This document shows positions 56,463 to 64,000 of a stretch of DNA of 64,000 bases, in pieces. Source of the stretch: Candidatus Cloacimonadota bacterium (GTDB lineage: Bacteria; Cloacimonadota; Cloacimonadia; JGIOTU-2). The notes below the pieces were generated by a model. It was not told the DNA's origin. It did no database searches and saw only the letters and a list, made by a program, of their open reading frames with translations. Numbering within the stretch: the first letter of the stretch is position 1; each line of letters begins with the position of its first letter. The DNA is taken from positions 3,318-67,317 of the forward strand of contig JAUWMT010000008.1 of assembly GCA_030613025.1 (NCBI GenBank). Direction: 5' to 3'. Made by a program: the position numbers and the translations under genes.

Positions 56463-57384
56463 GATACAAAAGCATCTGAAAAATCCTGTGGTTACGATTG
56501 GCACTTTTGATGGTGTGCATATCGGGCATAAAGCGCTTCTGACCAGAATGGTGGAACGTACAAAGGAGCTGAAGGGTGTTTCAATCGTAATCACTTATCA
56601 TCCTCATCCGATCGAGATTTTGAAGAAAAAAGTATATCCTTTCCTACTCACTGAAAAGATAAAGAAAGAACAGTTTTTGAAAGCAATTGGCATTGATTAC
56701 GTGCTTTGGCTGGATTTTGATGTGAATTTCGCTCACCTTACTCCGGAAGAGTTTGTAAAAAATTATTTATGCAAACAAATCGGAGCGAAAGAGATAATTG
56801 TCGGTTATGACTGGCATTTTGGAAAGAACCGATCCGGAGATTTTAATCTTCTGAAAAAAATGGAGCACGAACTTGATTTTCATGTTGAGATGGTCGATGA
56901 AGTTTTAATTGATGATGAAATTGTTTCCAGCACTGCTATTCGAAAATATCTAAGCGAAGGCAATATTCAACGAGCAAATAAAATGCTCGGGCGGAATTAT
57001 TGTATTATGGGGACTGTGGAAAAAGGTAATCAGATAGGCAGAGAGTTTGGGTATCCGACAAGTAATCTCAAACCTTTGGAGGTCAGAAAATTGTATCCTG
57101 CCATTGGAGTGTATTTTACGCAGATAAAATATGCTCATAATATGTTTTGGGGACTTACCAATGTGGGTACGAGACCAACGATTGATAAAAATAATCGACA
57201 GAAAAATGTGGAGACACATATTTTAGATTTTAATGAGCACATCTACGAACAGGAAATTGAATTGTTTTTTATTCAGAAAATTCGTGATGAAGTTGAATTT
57301 GAATCCATAGATGCCCTTGTCGAGCAGATCAGAAAAGACGAGATCTATGCTCGTAATATTATTGAGGAATTGAACAATGAGTAA
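56446..57384 (+). CDS. ribF: Bifunctional riboflavin kinase / FAD synthetase.
   Basis: N-terminal nucleotidyltransferase (TIGTFDGVHIGH) and C-terminal riboflavin-kinase domain (PTSNL..., GLTNVGTRPT, ETHILDF). The ATG at 56446 was chosen over the TTG at 56422. Confidence 0.85.
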   Translation: MKDIHKIQKHLKNPVVTIGTFDGVHIGHKALLTRMVERTKELKGVSIVITYHPHPIEILKKKVYPFLLTEKIKKEQFLKAIGIDYVLWLDFDVNFAHLTPEEFVKNYLCKQIGAKEIIVGYDWHFGKNRSGDFNLLKKMEHELDFHVEMVDEVLIDDEIVSSTAIRKYLSEGNIQRANKMLGRNYCIMGTVEKGNQIGREFGYPTSNLKPLEVRKLYPAIGVYFTQIKYAHNMFWGLTNVGTRPTIDKNNRQKNVETHILDFNEHIYEQEIELFFIQKIRDEVEFESIDALVEQIRKDEIYARNIIEELNNE

Positions 57385-58114
57385 TTCTGCGATCATAACT
57401 GCCGCGGGGAGCGGGCAACGGATGAACTCCTCGAAGAAGAAGCAATTTATTGAAATTGGAGGTAAGCCCATTCTGCTTCATACCCTTGATAAATTCATCC
57501 AAACGCAGTGTTTTGACAGCATAATCATAACATGTCCTGCATCGGATGTTGTATTTTTGGAGGATCTACTTTTTGACAAATTTGATTATGACCGAAATCA
57601 GATTTCAATAATTCCAGGTGGAAAAAGACGGCAGGATTCTGTGTATAATGCGTTAAAAATAATCGATGAGACAACAGAGATCGTGGCAATCCACGATAGT
57701 GTCCGTCCTTTTGTGAAAGTTTCAGAGATAGTTGAGAGTGTTGAATTAGCAAAAAAATATGGCGCAGTAACCCTTGCTCATCCTGTAAAAAATACGATAA
57801 AGCAAGTTGAAAACTATCAAGTTATTAAAACATTGGACAGAAAGAATTTGTGGGAAATCTATACTCCACAAACATTTAAGGTTAAGCTCATCAAAAAAGC
57901 TCATGAATTTGTAAAAACAAAAAACTTAACTGTTCGAGATGATGCAGAATTAGTAGAAATTTTCGGCAAAGATGTTTATGTTTTAGAGGGCTCATCCGAA
58001 AATATCAAAGTGACAAACCAGTTTGATTTAAAAATTGCTAATATGATCCTTAAAAACAGGAATAGGACACAGATAAACGCAGATGAACACGGATTAAGAA
58101 AATATAATGAATAA
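57377..58114 (+). CDS. ispD: 2-C-methyl-D-erythritol 4-phosphate cytidylyltransferase.
   Basis: ITAAGSGQRM, AIHDSVRPF, conserved length. Confidence 0.85.
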   Translation: MSNSAIITAAGSGQRMNSSKKKQFIEIGGKPILLHTLDKFIQTQCFDSIIITCPASDVVFLEDLLFDKFDYDRNQISIIPGGKRRQDSVYNALKIIDETTEIVAIHDSVRPFVKVSEIVESVELAKKYGAVTLAHPVKNTIKQVENYQVIKTLDRKNLWEIYTPQTFKVKLIKKAHEFVKTKNLTVRDDAELVEIFGKDVYVLEGSSENIKVTNQFDLKIANMILKNRNRTQINADEHGLRKYNE

Positions 58115-58231
58115 AAATAAATTGATTTATTTAATCAACGAAAATCAGTTCAATCTGCGTGGTTCTGCTTGCCGGGGCTTATTCCGATTTATCGGAAGAA
58201 GACGGGCGTGCTATTTCCTTAGGAGGTTAAG

Positions 58232-58711
58232 ATGAAAATCGGTTTTGGGTATGATGTTCATAAGTTAGTAGAGGGCAGACCTCTTATACTTGGTGGTGTG
58301 CACATCCCTTTTGAAAAAGGTTTGCTTGGTCATTCAGACGCAGATGCTCTTATTCATGCAATAATCGATAGTTTGCTGGGAGCCGCAAACCTTGGGGATA
58401 TTGGTACTCATTTTCCGGATAATGATGAAGCATATAGAGATATTTCCAGTATCATACTTCTTGAAAAAATACCTGAGCTTTTGAAGGAGTCAAAGTATAC
58501 AATCGTGAATATTGATGCAACTGTGGTTTTAGAAAAACCGAAGCTGATTCCATATATTGCTGATATGAAGGAAATTATTGCTGACAAACTTGACATAGAA
58601 AGCGCACAAATCTCGATAAAAGCTACTCGAGAAGAGGGGATGGGTTTTGTAGGAAAAGGCGAAGGCATAAAGGTTTTCGCTGTGTGTTTGATCGAAGATT
58701 TTAATATATGA
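58232..58711 (+). CDS. ispF: 2-C-methyl-D-erythritol 2,4-cyclodiphosphate synthase.
   Basis: [12 protein letters not shown]...[29 protein letters not shown] present. Confidence 0.9.
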   Translation: MKIGFGYDVHKLVEGRPLILGGVHIPFEKGLLGHSDADALIHAIIDSLLGAANLGDIGTHFPDNDEAYRDISSIILLEKIPELLKESKYTIVNIDATVVLEKPKLIPYIADMKEIIADKLDIESAQISIKATREEGMGFVGKGEGIKVFAVCLIEDFNI

Positions 58712-59964
58712 TAAAGAATAAGCATGTAGATATTATAATAAAGAATGCAAGCCAGCTTGTAACAGCAGCTTCAGATGTACCCAAAACTGGATTAGAATTG
58801 CAGGATTTGGGTATTATCGAAGATGGTGCTATTGGTATTGTTGATGGGATGATCACTTGTATTGGAAAAACTGATGAAATTTTAGAATCCTACACAGCAA
58901 AAACAATTATCGATGCTTCTCATAAAGTTGTCATGCCAGGATTTGTGGATCCGCATACTCACCCAATATTTGTAAATACTCGTGAAAACGAATTTGAGAT
59001 GCGCCTACAGGGAAAATCGTATAAAGAGATTTCGCAAACAGGAGGGGGAATACGGGCAAGCATTAAAGATGTGAGGAATGCATCTTTAGAAGAACTTATT
59101 GAACTTGGACTCAAACGTATAAACAAAATGCTGGAGATGGGCACAACCACGATCGAGGCAAAGAGCGGGTATGGACTCACCACAGAATCTGAAATAAAAA
59201 TGCTCAAAGCGTTAAAGAAAATCAATGAAATTTCAGATATGGAGATCATCCCAACATTTCTTGGAGCTCATGAGTATCCTGAAGAATACAAAGATGACCA
59301 CGAAACATACATTGATATTCTCATAAATGAAATGCTTCCAGCAGTTAAAGAGCAGAATTTAGCTGAATATTGTGATATTTTCTGTGAAGAGCATGTTTTT
59401 ACAGTGGATGAATCCCGAAGAATTCTGAATGCTGCAAAGGAACTTGGCTTCAAAATCCGATTTCATGCAGATGAACTCGAACCAATTGGCGGAGCCGAAT
59501 TAGCAGCAGAAGTGAATGCAGTTTCTGCTGATCATCTTGTTGCAATTTCTGATGAAGGAATTCTAAAATTAAAGGAAGCGGGCGTTATACCCATTTTACT
59601 TCCTGCAACTACGTTCAGTCTTGGGCTTTCAAGATATGCTCCAGCACGAGAAATGATCGATGCAGGTTTACCGGTAGCTCTTTCTACAGATTTTAATCCA
59701 GGTTCATGCAATTGCGATTCACAGCAGTTCGTCACGAGCTTGGCTTGCCTTCAAATGAAAATGCTACCTGCTGAAGCTATCAATGCAGTAACTATCAATG
59801 CAGCTCATTCCCTGGAAAGGGGTAAACTTATTGGATCACTTGAGGTTGGTAAGCAGGCGGATGTTATTATTCTGGACATGCCGACCTATCAATATTTACC
59901 ATATCATCTAGGAAGCAACACAGTGGAAACTGTGATCAAAAAAGGTAAAATAATAAAAAATTAA
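58708..59964 (+). CDS. Amidohydrolase-superfamily enzyme, imidazolonepropionase-like.
   Basis: [37 protein letters not shown], and a C-terminal Asp. Pattern resembles HutI; assignment unverified. Confidence 0.55.
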   Translation: MIKNKHVDIIIKNASQLVTAASDVPKTGLELQDLGIIEDGAIGIVDGMITCIGKTDEILESYTAKTIIDASHKVVMPGFVDPHTHPIFVNTRENEFEMRLQGKSYKEISQTGGGIRASIKDVRNASLEELIELGLKRINKMLEMGTTTIEAKSGYGLTTESEIKMLKALKKINEISDMEIIPTFLGAHEYPEEYKDDHETYIDILINEMLPAVKEQNLAEYCDIFCEEHVFTVDESRRILNAAKELGFKIRFHADELEPIGGAELAAEVNAVSADHLVAISDEGILKLKEAGVIPILLPATTFSLGLSRYAPAREMIDAGLPVALSTDFNPGSCNCDSQQFVTSLACLQMKMLPAEAINAVTINAAHSLERGKLIGSLEVGKQADVIILDMPTYQYLPYHLGSNTVETVIKKGKIIKN

Positions 59965-59978
59965 ATGGATTATCGACT

Positions 59979-61598
59979 ATGAAAAAACAGATTTTTATTA
60001 TAATTTTAATCATCCTTCTTCCTTTCATTCTCTTTGCACAGTCGAAGATGAGTATTGATCAGTCATCTTATCAGATGATTCAATACAGTGTGTCTGTGGT
60101 TGGAAATGTAGTCAATCCTGGAACCTACACTTTATCACCGATCAAGAGGATTTCTGACGCCATTCAAACTGCGAATTCAGCCCCAATTGATTCTGTTACG
60201 GTTGAGATCAGAGAGCTGTTAAATAATTCTTCATCAAGAAATATTACAATCAAAAGGAAGAATGAAAGCATTCATGTGGATTTGGAGAGATTCCTGCGTT
60301 ATGGAGATGATAAGCATAATCCCTATATTCAGGATGGAGATATCATTATAGTTCCTGCAATTGAGCAAAAGGTTACAATATCAGGTTCAGTGAATAGGGG
60401 TGGCGAGTTCGAGCTCGTAAAAAATGATCGTATTATGGATATTGTAATGCTTTCGATGGGATTATCCGACAATGCATATTTGAATAAGGCGGAAGTAGTA
60501 AGATTTATTAACCAAAGTGATTCAACTGAAATTATTGAAGTTAATTTATTTGAAATACTTAATAATCCCTCAAGTGAGGAAAATTTATTTTTAGAGAATG
60601 ATGATAGAATTTTTATTAAATCAATTCCTGAATATCATAAGAGAAAACGATTAGGCGTATCTGTTTTTGGTGCTGTTATTAATGGAGGTGAATTTGATTT
60701 AACAGAAGGATATAGATTATACGATGCAATTGCTGTTGCAGGAGGATTAAGGGATGATGCCTATTTAGATAAAGCAGAGGTAGTAAGATTTATTAATGAT
60801 TCTGATTCGACAAAGATCATTAATATTAATCTTTATAAGGTTATTGAAAATCCTGAATTCCCAGATAATTTACTACTTGAGAATGATGATAGAATTTTTA
60901 TTAAATCAATTCCTGAATATCATAGACAATTTAATATTTCAATAATGGGAGAGGTAAAGTTTCCTGGAACATATGCTATTATTGATCAAAAAACAACTCT
61001 TCGTGATGTTTTGATTGAAGCTGGCGGACCAACTCAAAAAGCTGATCTTCTAAATGCCTATCTTCAAAGAAGGAGCAGAGAAGATGTTGTTGATCCGGAA
61101 TTTGAACGATTAAAATTAATGCTTGTGGAAGATATGACCCCTCTTGAATATGAATATTTCAAGACAAAATCTCGTGAATTAAGAGGGAAATTTGCAACTA
61201 ATTTTCCGAAACTTTGGCTTGAGAACGATCCCGAGTTTAATTTCTTACTTAAGACTGGTGATTACATCTATATTCCAGATAAAACTGTAACAGTTACCAT
61301 ATCAGGACAGGTAAAAAATCCGGGCTTGGTCACTTTTGTAGAAGGTAAGAATTATCTCTATTATATTAATAAAGCAGGTGGCTTTGCCTGGCGAGCTCGT
61401 AAGGGCAAGATACGTCTAATTAAAGCAAACACAGGTGAGTGGTTGAAACCTAATGAGAATACTCCAGTAGAAGTTGGCGACATGGTTTTCATTCCCGAAA
61501 AACCGGAAATTGATTATTGGGATTTGACAAAGGATATAATGACTATTGCAGCACAGATAGCAACCGTAATAATTGTGATACAAAACACAGTTAAGTAA
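59979..61598 (+). CDS. Polysaccharide export protein (Wza-like) with repeated SLBB domains.
   Basis: Signal peptide. Four internal repeats of the type VTISGSVNRGGEFEL / VSVFGAVINGGEFDL / ISIMGEVKFPGTYAI / VTISGQVKNPGLVTF, each followed by LxDAIxxAGG. Confidence 0.7.
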   Translation: MKKQIFIIILIILLPFILFAQSKMSIDQSSYQMIQYSVSVVGNVVNPGTYTLSPIKRISDAIQTANSAPIDSVTVEIRELLNNSSSRNITIKRKNESIHVDLERFLRYGDDKHNPYIQDGDIIIVPAIEQKVTISGSVNRGGEFELVKNDRIMDIVMLSMGLSDNAYLNKAEVVRFINQSDSTEIIEVNLFEILNNPSSEENLFLENDDRIFIKSIPEYHKRKRLGVSVFGAVINGGEFDLTEGYRLYDAIAVAGGLRDDAYLDKAEVVRFINDSDSTKIININLYKVIENPEFPDNLLLENDDRIFIKSIPEYHRQFNISIMGEVKFPGTYAIIDQKTTLRDVLIEAGGPTQKADLLNAYLQRRSREDVVDPEFERLKLMLVEDMTPLEYEYFKTKSRELRGKFATNFPKLWLENDPEFNFLLKTGDYIYIPDKTVTVTISGQVKNPGLVTFVEGKNYLYYINKAGGFAWRARKGKIRLIKANTGEWLKPNENTPVEVGDMVFIPEKPEIDYWDLTKDIMTIAAQIATVIIVIQNTVK

Positions 61599-61623
61599 AC
61601 TATGATAAATTATTGATTGGAAT

Positions 61624-62736
61624 ATGAATCTTGAAAAGGAACAAATGAAAAGAATAAATCTATCAGATATTATTAAAAAGATATGGAAAAGGAAAATTTT
61701 AATAATTATTATTGTGGTGATTGTAGCAATTTTGTCATCTATTATAAGTCTTTTTTTACCACAGAAGTTTGTTGCCACATCGACTATTCTCATACCCGAT
61801 AGTGAGTCTAGTACTCTAATGGGTTTAAATGCCAATTTGTCAGCTTTTGGTCTTGGAGATGTGCTGTCGGGTGATCAAGATAAAATGAAGCTATTAGCAA
61901 TTTTACACAGCAATCAACTTTATAATGCTCTTGATAAAAAATTTGACCTTCAACAAAAATATGGTACTCTTTACCGAGAATATACTTTTGACAGAATAAG
62001 GAAAAACCTAAGAATCCAAGAAGGTGATCAAGAGCAGATCATAATTTCAATGATCGATAAAGACCAAAAAATAGTTGCTGAAATGGTAAATTTTGTTGTA
62101 TATTGTTTGGACAGTCTTAATATATCTCTTACAACAAAAAAAGCAACAAATAATCGGCTCTTTATTGAGACAAGAGTTGATATCGTTAAAGATAGCTTGC
62201 GATTTGTACAAACTTTATTGTCGGATTATATGAAAAAAAATGATATTATAAGTATTCCCGATCAAGTTAAATATGGGATTGAAAATGCTTCAGCAATGAA
62301 AGCAAAAATATCAATAAAAAAAATTGAATTAGCCTTGCGATTACAAAATTATTCTGAGGATTCTCCAAATTTAATAATGTTAAAGGATGAGATTGAACTC
62401 CTTCAGCAAGAATATGATAAATATTTTTACAAAGATAATAACCTTTTTATTAGTTTTCATGATGTGCCTCAGTTGCAAATGACATATTTAGAATTAGAAA
62501 ATCGGATATTATATTTGTCAAAATTACTTGAATATGTTGGGACTCAATTTGAAAAATCAAAAATAGATGAGGCAAAAGATATCCCGACAATCCAAATTTT
62601 AGATAAAGCAGTAAAGCCAAATATAAGATATAGCCCGAAGCGAGTAAGAATAGTTATCATGTCATGTTTTATGGCATTTCTTATTATAGCGTTCTTAATA
62701 TTAATTATTGAAAATCATAATTCGAGAAATGGATAA
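61624..62736 (+). CDS. Polysaccharide chain-length determinant / co-polymerase (Wzz/GumC-like).
   Basis: N-terminal TM helix (ILIIIIVVIVAILSSIISLFL), long coiled-coil periplasmic region, C-terminal TM helix (IVIMSCFMAFLIIAFLILII). Confidence 0.55.
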   Translation: MNLEKEQMKRINLSDIIKKIWKRKILIIIIVVIVAILSSIISLFLPQKFVATSTILIPDSESSTLMGLNANLSAFGLGDVLSGDQDKMKLLAILHSNQLYNALDKKFDLQQKYGTLYREYTFDRIRKNLRIQEGDQEQIIISMIDKDQKIVAEMVNFVVYCLDSLNISLTTKKATNNRLFIETRVDIVKDSLRFVQTLLSDYMKKNDIISIPDQVKYGIENASAMKAKISIKKIELALRLQNYSEDSPNLIMLKDEIELLQQEYDKYFYKDNNLFISFHDVPQLQMTYLELENRILYLSKLLEYVGTQFEKSKIDEAKDIPTIQILDKAVKPNIRYSPKRVRIVIMSCFMAFLIIAFLILIIENHNSRNG

Positions 62737-64000
62737 TGAACACAAGTTCTCAAACCATAAAAAAAAAATTCATTTTATCAGGAATTATTGCTGCTTCCTT
62801 TCCTTTAGTAATAATCTTTTTTAACAATATTGAACTAATAAGAAGTTTTCTTTTTTTCTTTATACTTTTATATATAGTATATATAATTTCTTATAATTTT
62901 TCCGAAAAAAATAGTGATAACAACCTTTTATACATACTCATTTTTTCATTTATTTTTCGAGCTTTTATTGCTTATACTACATCAATAATTTTTAAATTAG
63001 ATGAGACCTATATGCCCGATGTACGAATGTATCATACGCAGATGACAAATATAGCTCATTCGTTTTTAAACTTTTCTCGACCAATTATAAAAATACATAG
63101 CCTTGGAGTTATGACATATTCCTATTTGGGATCATTTATATATTATATTTTTGGTTCTTCAATGCTCCTAATGAAATTATTTAACTCCTTTATCGGAATG
63201 CTATTGGTTCTGAATGTATATAGAATAACTCATTTGTTTTCAAATAAAAAAACAGCTCTCATATCATCGGCGCTTATTGCATTTTGGCCATCTGTCGCTT
63301 TCTGGGCAAGCCAGAACCTTAGAGATTCATTAATGGTTCTATCAATCTCACATGTTATATACTTTTTCATTAAAGGTAAAGTATCAAAAGAAAAAAAATA
63401 TTTTGCATTCATCGTTTTTCCTTTGATTGGTTGTTTATTATTTCGTTATTACATCGGTATTATTATCACTACAATTTTATTAATTATTTTATTGCTACAA
63501 CTTGCTAAAGTTAATAACTATTTACGAATTTTCAGTTACTTAATTCTGATAACCTTATTTGGATTTATGTTAAAAATTTTAATGGAATATATTCCTTCAA
63601 TTATTGCTCTATTCAATTTTAGGAGAAATTATTTAGCAGCTGGCGGGTCTGCTTTTTTAACAAATGTTCAATACTCAAATTTTGGTCAGATGTTACTATT
63701 TATTCCTTTTGGTCTTGTCTATTTTTTGTTTTCACCTTTTCCAGGTAGTGCGGATAATATAATGCAGTTATTTTCTTCATTAGAAAACATCATTTTTTAC
63801 ATAATTTTTCTTTTTGCAATTGGAGGGATGTATAAGTTGATTAAAGACAAGAAATTTAAGTTAACTTATTTTCTTAGTATTATAATACTTTCAATATCTT
63901 TATTTTATAGTGTCATTGAAGCGAATATAGGTACAGCTTACAGACATAAAATGCAAATTGTTCCTTTTATAATTATTTTTGCGAGTTATTATTTCAGTAA
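62736..64000 (+). CDS. Multi-pass integral membrane protein, possibly a polysaccharide polymerase or glycosyltransferase (Wzy/ArnT-like). 3'-truncated by the window edge.
   Basis: Open frame from the ATG at 62736 to the window end, not in the ORF track because no stop is reached. At least 10 hydrophobic segments. An A10 tract at 62759-62768 lies within codons 8-11. Confidence 0.45.
   Translation, partial: MNTSSQTIKKKFILSGIIAASFPLVIIFFNNIELIRSFLFFFILLYIVYIISYNFSEKNSDNNLLYILIFSFIFRAFIAYTTSIIFKLDETYMPDVRMYHTQMTNIAHSFLNFSRPIIKIHSLGVMTYSYLGSFIYYIFGSSMLLMKLFNSFIGMLLVLNVYRITHLFSNKKTALISSALIAFWPSVAFWASQNLRDSLMVLSISHVIYFFIKGKVSKEKKYFAFIVFPLIGCLLFRYYIGIIITTILLIILLLQLAKVNNYLRIFSYLILITLFGFMLKILMEYIPSIIALFNFRRNYLAAGGSAFLTNVQYSNFGQMLLFIPFGLVYFLFSPFPGSADNIMQLFSSLENIIFYIIFLFAIGGMYKLIKDKKFKLTYFLSIIILSISLFYSVIEANIGTAYRHKMQIVPFIIIFASYYFS

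Noticed and set aside
1-64000. Possibility that TGA is recoded genome-wide (alternative genetic code) rather than as a single Sec codon.
   Set aside because: TGA clearly terminates many confidently called genes here (for example kinase 1 at 2635-2637 and rbfA at 54770-54772). The 23071 TGA is therefore a local event.
1-64000. CRISPR arrays and rRNA genes.
   Set aside because: No regularly spaced direct repeats of 25-40 bp with unique spacers and no rRNA-like conserved blocks were seen. The only periodic repeats are the 8-10 nt post-stop arrays and the 150-bp coding repeats.

Overview
The window is AT-rich bacterial chromosome (estimated ~35% GC). Several secreted proteins end in Type IX secretion (T9SS) C-terminal sorting domains, so this is probably an FCB-superphylum organism; a Cloacimonadota-like lineage is a guess only. 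Contents in order: (1) a two-component block with two PAS/GAF/TPR sensor kinases and a receiver-PAS-HD-GYP regulator. (2) An envelope thiol-redox / T9SS operon: DsbD, a CxxC lipoprotein, a TlpA-redoxin fused to a TonB C-terminal domain, an outer-membrane barrel, a T9SS substrate, an S8 protease and a BNR-repeat T9SS protein. (3) A very AT-rich island encoding zinc-ribbon proteins, an M48 peptidase and a dGTPase-like HD protein. (4) A compact selenocysteine locus. It begins with a long ORF interrupted by a single in-frame TGA inside a redoxin UxxC motif, with a SECIS-like hairpin just downstream. This ORF would encode a T9SS-exported selenoprotein. It is followed directly by a tRNA-Sec-like gene, selA and selB. 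(5) A GNAT acetyltransferase, dinB, and an anti-sigma-kinase/GNAT fusion. (6) A minus-strand cluster with a TIR-domain protein and a SIR2-like/SEC-C protein (a Thoeris-like pair of NADase-type genes) separated by SIS, beta-helix and FAH genes, plus a trypsin-like protease. (7) A rearranged hotspot where the promoter and 5' end of a nifS-selD fusion gene are duplicated twice. The copies flank a GC-rich thioesterase insertion, a frameshifted T9SS repeat protein and an HTH-ImmA/DUF4411-like pair. (8) The conserved rimP-nusA-ylxR-L7Ae-infB-rbfA-nrnA-truB-ribF operon, ispD/ispF, an imidazolonepropionase-like amidohydrolase, and the start of a polysaccharide export locus (Wza/Wzz-like plus a polymerase-like membrane protein). 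Non-coding features include short tandem repeats immediately after several stop codons, a ~100-130 bp three-hairpin repeat present twice in opposite orientation, and a perfect 36-bp palindrome. All coordinates come from reading the sequence and the ORF track. Several track ORFs begin with TTG/GTG, so where a nearby in-frame ATG with a ribosome-binding site exists I moved the start to it.
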